DNA of 64,000 bases. It comes from Clostridia bacterium. GTDB lineage: Bacteria; Bacillota; Clostridia; JAAYHZ01. This document shows positions 33,039-42,321 of the stretch, one piece after another. Each line of letters starts with the position of its first letter. The first letter of the stretch is position 1. Location: positions 128,001 to 192,000 of the forward strand of contig JBMNIH010000004.1 of assembly GCA_050950825.1 (NCBI GenBank), in the 5' to 3' direction. The position numbers and the translations under genes are program-made. The notes under the pieces were generated by a model. That model did no database searches, had not been told where the DNA came from, and worked only from the letters and a program-made list of their open reading frames with translations.

Positions 33039-34295
33039 ATGAAAAATAACGATCGGGCAATCGCTAACAACGTAAATGAAATCGTAATTCCTCTCTATCT
33101 GCTTGCATTTATTGTTATCGGCTTGTTTCAACAATCGCCGAAAGAAATCTTACAAGGCCTATTTGAAATATTTACTCATCCCGGAATGCTGATCACGGAT
33201 TATATGGTTATAGGGGGAGTCGGTGCCGCCCTTATCAATGGGGCTCTGGTCGGTCTTGTAGGATACGGAATCCTAAAACTCAATAAGGTCCCGATGAACG
33301 GACCGTCAATTGCCACCATTTTTACCATGGTGGGCTTCGGATTGTTCGGAAAAAACGTGTGGTCGATTCTGCCGGTAATTTTAGGTGTGCGACTTTTCTG
33401 CCTTATCCGAGGACAGTCTTTCCGGGGACATGTGTATCCCGCGCTTTTCGGTACGGCTTTAGCGCCCATGGTAACCCAAGTGGTATTTGGCTACGAGTGG
33501 GGGATTGTTACCGGAATAATCGTAGGGATACTGTCCGGTATGATCATACCCCCGTTGGCGAACCATTTGCTGATTGTCCATGAAGGGTACAATTTGTATA
33601 ACGTCGGTTTTACAGCCGGGTTTGTGGGATTGTTATTTATCAACATATTCCGAAATTACGGGCATGACAGTGTCATTATGGAGATTTGGGGCACGGGATT
33701 GAACTCCATTTTACGCCGGGTTTTCGTGCCCATGTTTTTAAGCATGATTATTTTCGGTATAATCCTCACCAAAGGGAAGCTTAAAGAATACCTTAAAGTG
33801 TTGAAGCATCCCGGAATACTGATTTCCGACTATGTCAATATGTACGGCTTCGGCTATACATTGATCAATATGGGACTGGTCGGTTTAATCGGCTCCGTGT
33901 ACATAGAGTTGGTCGGCGGAGTATACAACGGGCCGACGGTTGGAGGATTGTTAACCATGACCGGTTTTGCCGCTTTCGGAAAGCATCCTGCCAATATTAC
34001 TCCCATTATGCTGGGTGTTTGGCTGGGAACCAAAAGCAATCTGCTGCCTTATTCGGTTATGCCGGCAAACGCACCCGGAGCATTGCTGGCGGCCCTTTTT
34101 TCCACGACTTTAGCTCCCTTAGCCGGTAATTTCGGACCTATTGTAGGCATACTGGCAGGCTTTGTCCACTTGACGGTTGTGTCGAATGTAGGTATATTAC
34201 ATGGAGGGCTAAACCTTTATAACAACGGTTTTGCAGGAGGTCTTGTGGCAATGTTTTTCGTCGCCATCATCAAAGACCTTAAAAAAGGGCGGTAG
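33039..34295 (+). CDS. DUF1576 multi-pass membrane protein
   Basis: Internal duplication: LITDY/LISDY, GFGLFGKN/GFAAFGKH, LFGTALAP/LFSTTLAP, HEGYNLYNVGF/HGGLNLYNNGF. Confidence 0.88.
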   Translation: MKNNDRAIANNVNEIVIPLYLLAFIVIGLFQQSPKEILQGLFEIFTHPGMLITDYMVIGGVGAALINGALVGLVGYGILKLNKVPMNGPSIATIFTMVGFGLFGKNVWSILPVILGVRLFCLIRGQSFRGHVYPALFGTALAPMVTQVVFGYEWGIVTGIIVGILSGMIIPPLANHLLIVHEGYNLYNVGFTAGFVGLLFINIFRNYGHDSVIMEIWGTGLNSILRRVFVPMFLSMIIFGIILTKGKLKEYLKVLKHPGILISDYVNMYGFGYTLINMGLVGLIGSVYIELVGGVYNGPTVGGLLTMTGFAAFGKHPANITPIMLGVWLGTKSNLLPYSVMPANAPGALLAALFSTTLAPLAGNFGPIVGILAGFVHLTVVSNVGILHGGLNLYNNGFAGGLVAMFFVAIIKDLKKGR

Positions 34296-34308
34296 GAGGG
34301 GATAGGAA

Positions 34309-34653
34309 ATGACAACCGAAAAAGAAAAGCTGCAAGGAATTGTTAAAGAGCTTATTGCCAATGCTTTGGATGCCGGTGCAACCGAAATACAAGCTTCCGT
34401 TAAAATAGAAGCGGATAAAACCGTGATCACCGTGAAAGACAACGGCTCCGGAATGAACGAAAAAGAAATCAAAAATGCGTTAAAGGTTCTTCACCAGATC
34501 CGGAGAGATGAAATTGAGGACTATTACGGTATTTTGGCGGGAAACAGCTTGATGGCATCCGGGCTCAACCTTGTAGGTATGCTTGTAGACGATGCGGTTG
34601 TTGAAAGCGGTTCCGAAGGAACCGTAATAACGGTAATTCGACTGCATAAGTAA
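34309..34653 (+). CDS. Stand-alone HATPase_c (GHKL) domain protein
   Basis: N box ELIANALDAGA, G1 VKDNGSGM, G2-like SGLNLV, GT..T; 114 aa; no HisKA domain. Confidence 0.8.
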   Translation: MTTEKEKLQGIVKELIANALDAGATEIQASVKIEADKTVITVKDNGSGMNEKEIKNALKVLHQIRRDEIEDYYGILAGNSLMASGLNLVGMLVDDAVVESGSEGTVITVIRLHK

Positions 34654-34811
34654 CCCGAATAGAGCAAAATGCCCGGTAATATATTGCCGGGCATGATTAT
34701 AAGGAATAAAATTTAAAACGTAACCGTTTCGAACCATCCGAGCTTACCGTAAAGCTGCTTGGGATGGTATTTTGGTTTTTAGAAGGCATAAATTATGCTG
34801 CGGTGTTGACG

Positions 34812-35264
34812 ATGTTTTTGTACCATTATTACGATAAAAAAATCGGACCTTTCATGAATTTGTCCGAATTGCAGGACCGGCAGGCGAATAAAATCTTGGA
34901 ACAAATCAAGAAAGAAAAACCGAATTCTCAGTGTGCGCGGCGAGACCCGGAATACATGTTTCGCCGTCGTATGTATGAGGATATTTTAAGAAAAGAATTC
35001 TTAAAAAAAGGCGGAGTTATAAAAAGAAAAGCGCCTCGTTATACGGTCTTAGAACACAGTCCGTGGCCTCGAGATGACGATTCGAAGGAATACCGAAGAA
35101 AGATATATACCTTCGATGAGATTCTTGTTTTAATCGATAAATACGGTTTTCCTCAAGATTGGAATGACGACGGGAAATACGGCCCGGAAAGATATATCGA
35201 AGCCCATATTTGGAGCGACGAGACCGTTGACAAATACCGCAATGTTAAAGATAGAACGCTATGA
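34812..35264 (+). CDS. Conserved hypothetical protein (possibly internally deleted)
   Basis: LYHYYDKKIGPFMNLS...GPERYIEAHIWSDE; family recognised from memory only. Confidence 0.55.
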   Translation: MFLYHYYDKKIGPFMNLSELQDRQANKILEQIKKEKPNSQCARRDPEYMFRRRMYEDILRKEFLKKGGVIKRKAPRYTVLEHSPWPRDDDSKEYRRKIYTFDEILVLIDKYGFPQDWNDDGKYGPERYIEAHIWSDETVDKYRNVKDRTL

Positions 35265-35369
35265 TAGACCCGTTCAGTAACGTGAAACCGGCAAAGGATA
35301 AGACTACCGGCATGGCATAGATGCTTTTTTCAAGGAACACTTTTCGTTCCTTTTTTTATTCTCGTTATT

Positions 35370-35435
35370 ATAGGTAAAACCAATCATATACATAAAATAA
35401 TTATATTTTACAATAAGTCTTTAAAGCCATATGAT
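35370..35435 (+). promoter_or_regulatory. LysR-type operator and promoter of the ABC importer
   Basis: ATAGGTAAAACCAAT(35370)-N7-ATAAAATAATTATAT, TTTACA(35407)-N17-TATGAT(35430). Confidence 0.7.
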
Positions 35436-35469
35436 AGAAGTAAGGAACATCTATGAAGGAGCACGGAAG

Positions 35470-36438
35470 ATGGATTTTACAAAAAAAGCGAAGAAAATAT
35501 TGTCGGGAATCATTCTCTTCTTTTCATTCGTATCGATTCTAACGGGATGTACGGCAGGAACCAAAGCGGCTATAGAGGAACCCTCCCGGTTCTTCTATCG
35601 TTTCACGGATTCTTTGGGAAATTCGATTCAATTAATAGAAAAACCCCAAAGAGTCGTATCTCTTGTCGGTTCCTATGCCGAGACTTGGCTTTTGGCGGGA
35701 GGGACGCTGTCGGGTGTTACAAGCGACGTCATAAGCGAGAGGAATTTGGATTTACCGAAGGAAACCAAAATCATAGGTACCGTGAAGGAGCCGAATTTGG
35801 AAGAGATCATCAACCTTTCCGCCGATTTTGTTTTGCTTTCGCCGGATATCGAAAGTCATGTCCGTATATCGCAAACCTTGGAAAATGCGAATATACCCTT
35901 TGCCTTTTTTAAGGTGGAGCATTTCGACGATTACTTAGAAATGCTGAAAATTTGCACGGATATAACGGAAAAGAAAGAAATGTATGAGAAATACGGTTTA
36001 AAGGTAAAGGATCAAATCGAAGGTATCACGGATCGAGTAGCCGGTAAGAAAAATCCGACGATTTTACTGATTCGCGCTTTTTCAAGCGGGGCAAAGGCGA
36101 AAGACGATGAAAATATGGCCTGCAAAATACTGAATGATTTGGGTACCGTGAATATCGCTTCAAAGCATCGATCCCTGTTGGAGGATCTCAGCATTGAAGA
36201 AATTATCCGAGAAGATCCGGATTTCATTTTCGTTGTTACCATGGGGAATGCGGAAGAAGCCTTAAAAGCGCTAAAGGACGGAATCGAGAAAAATCCCGTC
36301 TGGAGCCGGCTTTCCGCCGTAAAAAACAATCGGTATATTGTGCTTCCAAAAGAGTTATTCCATTACAAGCCGAATGCAAGATGGGGTGAAAGTTATGAAT
36401 ACATGGCAAAAATTCTCTATCCGGAGGAGTTTGAATAA
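35470..36438 (+). CDS. Fe-siderophore/heme/B12-type ABC substrate-binding lipoprotein
   Basis: Lipobox LTGC, FTDSLG..KPQRVVSL, PNLEEII, LSIEEIIREDPD, WSRLSAVKNNR. Confidence 0.9.
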   Translation: MDFTKKAKKILSGIILFFSFVSILTGCTAGTKAAIEEPSRFFYRFTDSLGNSIQLIEKPQRVVSLVGSYAETWLLAGGTLSGVTSDVISERNLDLPKETKIIGTVKEPNLEEIINLSADFVLLSPDIESHVRISQTLENANIPFAFFKVEHFDDYLEMLKICTDITEKKEMYEKYGLKVKDQIEGITDRVAGKKNPTILLIRAFSSGAKAKDDENMACKILNDLGTVNIASKHRSLLEDLSIEEIIREDPDFIFVVTMGNAEEALKALKDGIEKNPVWSRLSAVKNNRYIVLPKELFHYKPNARWGESYEYMAKILYPEEFE

Positions 36439-37438
36439 AAAAGGTAAAGGTTATTGCGTTCTTCTTATCGTTATACTTGCAATCCTGCTTGTAATCGGTA
36501 TGTTTTTAAGTACAAGCATCGGATCCGTTAAAATACCTTTATCGGAGATTGTAACATCGATCCGATCGGGAGACCGTACACTCAAAGCTTATATCATCAT
36601 TATGTTTGTTCGCATACCGCGGACTTTGGCGGCGGTTCTTGCCGGGTGCGCCCTATCGGTTTCCGGCGCCGTATTGCAATCGGTATTGAATAACTCTCTC
36701 GCAAGCCCGAATGTTATAGGCGTCAACTCCGGCGCCGGATTGTTTACCGTACTTATCGCCGCTTTTTTCCCTGCATCCTTGCATCTGGCGACTCCGGCTG
36801 CCTTTGCGGGAGCCCTTTTGGCCGTGTTTTCCGTATATTTTATCGCCCGAAAGACGGGAGCTTCCAAGACAACCATCGTCTTGTCCGGTGTTGCCGTATC
36901 AAGCTTTATCGGTGCCATAACGGATACTTTATTGACCTTGAAGCCCGATACGGTTTTTGCTCGTACGGCGTTTTTAATCGGAGGGTTTTCCGGAATAACC
37001 ATGGAAAAGATTCGTTTTGCAGGCATATGGATTGTCATTGCTATGGTGATCGCTTTTTTAATGAGCCGGGATATGAATGTTCTTATGCTGGGAGACGAGA
37101 GCGCTCGGTCTTTAGGCTTAAACACGGGGCGAGTACGCTTTGTCTGTATGATTTTATCGGCGTTATTGGCGGGAAGTGCCGTAAGCTTTGCGGGTCAAAT
37201 CGGTTTTGTAGGACTTATCGTGCCCCATACGGCAAGAATATTCACGGGGCAGGACAATCGAATTCTGCTTCCGGTATCGGCTCTTTTAGGCGGTATCTTT
37301 GTTTTAATGTGCGATTTGCTGGCACGGATCCTTTTTGCTCCCTTTGAAATTCCTGCGGGCATTATTATGTCCTTTTTAGGAGGCCCGTTTTTTATATATC
37401 TACTCATAAAAGCAAAGAAAGGACAGCAGTATGATTAA
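36431..37438 (+). CDS. FecCD/BtuC-family ABC permease
   Basis: RIPRTLAAVLAG, NSLASPNVIGVNSGA, LGDESARSLG, GFVGLIVPH, GGPFFIYLL; start approximate. Confidence 0.92.
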   Translation: MNKKGKGYCVLLIVILAILLVIGMFLSTSIGSVKIPLSEIVTSIRSGDRTLKAYIIIMFVRIPRTLAAVLAGCALSVSGAVLQSVLNNSLASPNVIGVNSGAGLFTVLIAAFFPASLHLATPAAFAGALLAVFSVYFIARKTGASKTTIVLSGVAVSSFIGAITDTLLTLKPDTVFARTAFLIGGFSGITMEKIRFAGIWIVIAMVIAFLMSRDMNVLMLGDESARSLGLNTGRVRFVCMILSALLAGSAVSFAGQIGFVGLIVPHTARIFTGQDNRILLPVSALLGGIFVLMCDLLARILFAPFEIPAGIIMSFLGGPFFIYLLIKAKKGQQYD

Positions 37439-38204
37439 ATTGAACGATGTTACGGCAGGCTACGGCGGCATTGAAATCATAAAGGATATCCGTATTGCCT
37501 TCGAAGAAGGCGGCATCACAACAATCATCGGCAAAAACGGCTGCGGAAAAACCACGCTGTTAAAAACCGCAGCTAACTTGCTAAAGCCGTTTCGCGGAAG
37601 CATCACCATAAAAGGAGAGGACATATCCCGTATTCCCCTTAAAGAGTTTGCGAAAAGGGTAGCTTATCTACCCCAGAATCGAAATGTTCCCGACATAACG
37701 ATCTATCAATTGGTTATGCACGGAAGATATCCTTATCTCGGGTTTTCCGACAGGGCGGGAGAAAAGGACAAGCAAATCGTAAAAAATGCCATCGAGACTT
37801 TGAGCTTAGGCGAATATGTTCATGAAAATTTACGGAAGCTTTCGGGAGGAGAACGACAAAAGGCGTATTTGGCCATGGTTTTGGCCCAAGACACGGACGT
37901 GATATTTTTGGACGAGCCCACCACCTATTTGGATATTCGTCATCGGCTTGAAATATTGGAGATTGTAAAAAAACTAAAGGAAATGAACAAAACCGTCGTG
38001 ATGGTCCTTCACGACCTTAACGAAGCGCTTACCTTCTCCGACAAGATTTGTTTAATGGACCGGGGCGAGGTTGTCCTGTACGATACACCCCAAGCCGTAT
38101 TTGATAGCGAAGAGATAGAAAAGATCTTTAAGGTTCAAGCCGAACAAGTCTTCGTAGGAGATCATGCTCTCCGACAATATGTATTTTATTCGAAAACCGC
38201 ATAA
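37431..38204 (+). CDS. ABC ATPase (FecE/FhuC-like)
   Basis: GKNGCGKT, LSGGERQ, LDEPT, VLHD. Confidence 0.93.
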   Translation: MIKLNDVTAGYGGIEIIKDIRIAFEEGGITTIIGKNGCGKTTLLKTAANLLKPFRGSITIKGEDISRIPLKEFAKRVAYLPQNRNVPDITIYQLVMHGRYPYLGFSDRAGEKDKQIVKNAIETLSLGEYVHENLRKLSGGERQKAYLAMVLAQDTDVIFLDEPTTYLDIRHRLEILEIVKKLKEMNKTVVMVLHDLNEALTFSDKICLMDRGEVVLYDTPQAVFDSEEIEKIFKVQAEQVFVGDHALRQYVFYSKTA

Positions 38205-38215
38205 ATGAAAAAACG

Positions 38216-38244
38216 AAAAAAGGGCTTTTCGAAAGCCCTTTTTT
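38216..38244. terminator. Bidirectional terminator
   Basis: AAAAAAGGGCTTT-TCG-AAAGCCCTTTTTT. Confidence 0.88.
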
Positions 38245-38265
38245 GATAGGAAAAAAATCGTAAAA

Positions 38266-39219
38266 TCAGCAGGAGGCTCCTCCCGTCATGTGAAGCTCCG
38301 CGACCAAAATGGCTTGCTTTCTTTTGAGCAGGTCATCGGAAAAAAGCTGTTTCTGTACATTCTCAAAACCGATTCTTGCGATGGTTTCGGACAAGCGCTC
38401 CCCGGTTTTGCCTTGTTCCCTGTAAAGGAGAATCGTTTTTTCAATCGTATCCAAGACGTCCTCTTTGTTTGTAAAAATCTTATCAAGGGGCTTGCCGATG
38501 GCAATTTTCTTGCCCCATCTTCCTCCGAGGAAGATTTTGTATCCGACGGTATAGTCGCTTACCACGTCAAAGGGACATTGACCGACGCACAAACCGCAGT
38601 TGTTGCATACGGTTTTGTCGATCTCAAGCATGTCTTCCGTGGCTTTGGCGGCTCCCATCGGGCATACCTGTTCAACTATACATTTTTTACATCCCATACA
38701 ATCCTCTGTTTCAAAACAAGGGATTTTTTGACCGACGATCCCCAAATCGTTCAAATCCGGCTTCATGCAATTATTCGGACATCCGCCGACGCCGATTTTG
38801 AATTTATGAGGAAGCTTCACATCGGCATAGCCGTTATAGAATCTTTCGTGAATTTCTTCCGACAAGGCAAAGGTATCGATTAATCCGTACCGGCATACGG
38901 TTCCTTTACAGGATACCACCGGACGGACCTTTGAACCGGTTCCGCCCGTCTCCAGCCCTTCCTTTGCGATATACGTACGAAAGTCTTCGATTTTGTTATA
39001 GGGAATACCCTGAACCTCTACGGTTAATCGGCTTGTAAAGGTTATGATGCCGTTTCCGTAAAGCTCGGCAGCCTCCGATATGCATTTGTTTTGGGCCGCC
39101 GTAATTTTTCCATTTTTCGTAATAATCCTTCCGGAAAAGTTGTCGGTCCCTTTATTTCTTAAAAAACCTAAGGCCTTTACTCTTTTTTCATCCGTACCGG
39201 TAATTGTTAAGCTTGACAT
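38266..39219 (-). CDS. Siroheme/[4Fe-4S] sulfite- or nitrite-reductase-like protein (AsrC-like) with ferredoxin insert
   Basis: SCKGTVCRYG, LPHKFKIGVGGCPNNC, CMGCKKC..CP and CNNCGLCVGQCP, GGRWGK, GERL; ends GGASC. Confidence 0.85.
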   Translation of the reverse strand: MSSLTITGTDEKRVKALGFLRNKGTDNFSGRIITKNGKITAAQNKCISEAAELYGNGIITFTSRLTVEVQGIPYNKIEDFRTYIAKEGLETGGTGSKVRPVVSCKGTVCRYGLIDTFALSEEIHERFYNGYADVKLPHKFKIGVGGCPNNCMKPDLNDLGIVGQKIPCFETEDCMGCKKCIVEQVCPMGAAKATEDMLEIDKTVCNNCGLCVGQCPFDVVSDYTVGYKIFLGGRWGKKIAIGKPLDKIFTNKEDVLDTIEKTILLYREQGKTGERLSETIARIGFENVQKQLFSDDLLKRKQAILVAELHMTGGASC

Positions 39220-39246
39220 TTTTCAAAATCCTCCCGTTCATTATTT

Positions 39247-40872
39247 TCACACTATGACCTCATTGAAGGTCGTTCCGCCTTCCAAGACAAGGGTATGCTT
39301 GTATCCGAAATTCTTTAAGCGTCTTTGGAGCATATACGCTCTTTTTCCTTTTGTACATACCAATAGAAGCCTTTCGTCTTTTGACAATCCGGGAATTTCA
39401 CCGTTTACCGTTCCAAGGTCCACGTAAATTGCTCCGTCGATGCTCGGCTTGCGAGAAGCGTCGATGATCTTGTAACCTTGAGCTTTGCCTAAAGCAAATT
39501 CCGTCGGAGTGACGGTTTCCAAAGCTCCGTTGATTTTGTTCAATAAAATGTTGACGGTATGAGAGAAAGGATGAATGGCCGTAGAAAAAGGAGGAGCATA
39601 AGCCAAATCCATGTTTTCAATATCTTCCGGGGTTGCTCCTAACGTAATGGCCGTTGCGGCAATGTCCGTCATTTTATCGATTGCGCCTTTCCCTAACACT
39701 TGAAGTCCCAACAATCGCTTCGTGCTCCTGTCTGCCGTCATTTTTACGATAAAGACGGAAGAATCGGGGTAGTAATGAGCCTTATCGTCCGTAACCGCAA
39801 CAACGCTTACGGCATCAAATCCCGCTTTTTTTGCTTGCTCTTCCGTCAAGCCGGTTCTTCCTGCATTAAACCCGGGGAGCTTGATAACGGCGGTTCCCAA
39901 AACACCTTGGTAAGGGATTTTGTTACCAATCATATTTTTCGCAGCAATGCGGCCTGCAATATTGGCCGTTGATCCCATGGGAGACCACACGGGCTTTTTT
40001 GTTATTTTGTTCAAAACGGAAGCGCAGTCGCCTACGGCATAGATATCTTCGAAATTTGTTTGCAGAAACTCATTGACTTTAACGGTTTTATCGGGCATAA
40101 GCTCTATGCCCGAGCCATCCAAAAATTCGGTGTTGGCTCTTATTCCTACGCATAGGATCACGGCATCCGTTTTCATAATACGCTTATCGGTCTTTACCTT
40201 CTCCGCTTTTTCCTCGCCGAGTATGGCTTCAAGCCTTGTGCCCGTAAAGGCTACAATACCTTGCTCCGCTAACCGATTTTCGATGGCTTCGGCAAAATCT
40301 TTGTCGAAGCCGGGAGGTATATGCTCCGCCATATCGATGACGGAAACTCGAATACCGAGAGCGGAAAGGTTTTCGGCGATCTCAAGCCCGTTATATCCGC
40401 CGCCAACGACGACAACTCGTTTGATTTCACCGGACTCGACAAAAGCTCGTATCGATGCCGCATCGTCCGGAGTTCTTAAAAAGAACACGTTCGCAAGGCC
40501 GACTCCTTCCACGGGAGGGACCCAAGCTTTGGCACCGGTGGCAATCACCAGCTTGTCATACCGGTATGTACGAACCTCGTTTGTTTTTAAGTCCCTTGCC
40601 GTAACGGTTTTTTCTTTTGGATTGACTTTTGTGGCTTCGGTTTCGGTAATTACATGCACCCCCGTCAGTTTGGAGAAGCTATCGGGAGTATTAACGATTA
40701 ATTGACTGCGGTCGGAAATGACCTTCCCTACATAGTAGGGCAAGCCGCAGCCGGCATAAGAAATATCTTTGCTTTTGGTTAATAAGGTAACATCGCAATT
40801 AAAATTTTCACGCTTCAGCTTGGCGGCGACTTTCGTACCCGCCGCTACGCCGCCGATTATGAGTATTTTCAC
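39247..40872 (-). CDS. CoA-disulfide reductase with C-terminal rhodanese domain (persulfide reductase-like)
   Basis: IIGGVAAG, ISYAGCGLPYY, YAVGDC, YAPPFS, rhodanese loop CTKGKRA; probable GTG start at 40872. Confidence 0.88.
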   Translation of the reverse strand: MKILIIGGVAAGTKVAAKLKRENFNCDVTLLTKSKDISYAGCGLPYYVGKVISDRSQLIVNTPDSFSKLTGVHVITETEATKVNPKEKTVTARDLKTNEVRTYRYDKLVIATGAKAWVPPVEGVGLANVFFLRTPDDAASIRAFVESGEIKRVVVVGGGYNGLEIAENLSALGIRVSVIDMAEHIPPGFDKDFAEAIENRLAEQGIVAFTGTRLEAILGEEKAEKVKTDKRIMKTDAVILCVGIRANTEFLDGSGIELMPDKTVKVNEFLQTNFEDIYAVGDCASVLNKITKKPVWSPMGSTANIAGRIAAKNMIGNKIPYQGVLGTAVIKLPGFNAGRTGLTEEQAKKAGFDAVSVVAVTDDKAHYYPDSSVFIVKMTADRSTKRLLGLQVLGKGAIDKMTDIAATAITLGATPEDIENMDLAYAPPFSTAIHPFSHTVNILLNKINGALETVTPTEFALGKAQGYKIIDASRKPSIDGAIYVDLGTVNGEIPGLSKDERLLLVCTKGKRAYMLQRRLKNFGYKHTLVLEGGTTFNEVIV

Positions 40873-40906
40873 TTTTTCACCTTCGTTCGTTTTTTCTTTC
40901 ATATTA

Positions 40907-40974
40907 ACTATATCATTTGAATTAATAATAATAAAATGATATTATCTTATAATAACAATAGGTAAAACCTATTG
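40907..40974 (-). promoter_or_regulatory. LysR operator and divergent promoter
   Basis: Palindrome CAATAGG-TAAAA-CCTATTG (40956-40974); minus strand continues N7-ATAAGATAATATCAT, TTTATT-N17-TATAGT. Confidence 0.75.
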
Positions 40975-41005
40975 ATGATGTTATAGACGAAAGGGAGAAG
41001 GCAAA

Positions 41006-41926
41006 TTGACCATCAGGCATTTAAGGATATTTATCGAAGTGGCGGATTGCGGGAAAATGAGTGCCGCCGCCGAAAAGCTGTATATTTCACAGCCAACGGT
41101 AAGCCAAGCCATTAAGGAACTGGAAGACTACTACGGAGTTCTCTTATTCGAAAGAATCGGCAAAAAGCTGTATATCACCGAAAAAGGGGAGAAGCTCCTT
41201 TTTTATGCTCGCAACGTGGTAAAACAGTTCGACGATATGGAAGAGAAAATGTTTAAGGGCAACTATATCGAAAAAATTCGAATCGGTGCAACCATGACGG
41301 TAGGCAGCTGCTTAATTAACGATATCATCAGAAGCTTCAGCGAGCAAAATCCCCAAGTGGAAGTTTACTCTTACGTAAACAATACGAAAGAAATCGAGGA
41401 ACGCTTACTGAAATCCGAGCTGGACATCGCCGTGGTGGAAGGAGAAGTAAAAAGTCCGGACTTGGTTTCCATCCCGGAGGTTCATGACTTTTTGGTTCTT
41501 GCCTGCAGCACCAAGCATCCTTTTGCGGAGAAAAAGGTCTTAAGGCTTTCGGATTTGGCTTCCGAGCCCTTTGCCATGCGAGAGGAGGGCAGCGGAACGC
41601 GAGCCTTGTTTGAACGATACATGGCGGACAATCGAATGCCCATTCGAATCGCTTTTGAAGGAAACAGCTCTTCATCCATTAAGAAAGCCGTTATTGAAAA
41701 TCGGTACCTGGCCGTTCTTTCCATACGCTTGTTGGAAGAAGAAATGAAAAGAGGGCAAATATACGTTTTCCGGAATTCGGATCACGATTGGGACCGGTAT
41801 TTTAGCATCGTGTATCATAAAAACAAAATGATCACAAAAGAAATGAACAATCTTATGGATGTGGTAAGAAGCTACAAGCATGTGGAAATCCTTCGAGATA
41901 CGGATTTCGGGAAAATCATGAAGTGA
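41006..41926 (+). CDS. LysR-family regulator (CysL/YeiE-like)
   Basis: HTH SAAAEKLYISQPTVSQAIKELE, LFER, DIAVVEG, REEGSGTR. Confidence 0.92.
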   Translation: MTIRHLRIFIEVADCGKMSAAAEKLYISQPTVSQAIKELEDYYGVLLFERIGKKLYITEKGEKLLFYARNVVKQFDDMEEKMFKGNYIEKIRIGATMTVGSCLINDIIRSFSEQNPQVEVYSYVNNTKEIEERLLKSELDIAVVEGEVKSPDLVSIPEVHDFLVLACSTKHPFAEKKVLRLSDLASEPFAMREEGSGTRALFERYMADNRMPIRIAFEGNSSSSIKKAVIENRYLAVLSIRLLEEEMKRGQIYVFRNSDHDWDRYFSIVYHKNKMITKEMNNLMDVVRSYKHVEILRDTDFGKIMK

Positions 41927-41994
41927 TCGAAAGAAAAGATCTTACGGGCCGTATGGTATACTGTGAATATGGCACCTATGGAAAGGAGAAAAGT

Positions 41995-42321
41995 ATGAAA
42001 CAAGAACGAATTATTCCTTATGATAAAGCGATACGTGACAAAATACCGGAAATCATTAAAGCAACGGGCAAAACCCCTGTGGTGGAGACGGTAGATCCCG
42101 AGGTCTTTGCTCGGTATTTGAATGAAAAGCTGGAAGAGGAGTTGAACGAGTATCGCAAGGAAGGCAGCATTGAGGAGCTTGCGGACCTTGTGGAGGTCGT
42201 ATACGGACTGCTTCACTTAAAAGGCATTACCGTCCAAGAATTCGAGGCTATAAGAACGGAAAAGGCAAAAAAAAGAGGGGGATTTGAAAAAAGATTAGTT
42301 CTTAAAAAAGTGATTGAATAA
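41995..42321 (+). CDS. MazG-like house-cleaning NTP pyrophosphatase
   Basis: YDKAIRDKIPEII, KLEEELNEY, EELADLVEV, KAKKRGGF. Confidence 0.85.
   Translation: MKQERIIPYDKAIRDKIPEIIKATGKTPVVETVDPEVFARYLNEKLEEELNEYRKEGSIEELADLVEVVYGLLHLKGITVQEFEAIRTEKAKKRGGFEKRLVLKKVIE

Noticed and set aside
35265-35470. Cobalamin riboswitch or Fur box upstream of the FecCD-type ABC operon
   Set aside because: No B12-box or GGGAA...GCCACTG elements and no convincing GATAATGAT palindrome; the region holds a terminator and the LysR-type site instead.
38230-38268. Selenocysteine read-through at the TGA after GGASC
   Set aside because: The downstream sequence is T-rich and runs into the bidirectional terminator; there is no SECIS-like hairpin right after the TGA.
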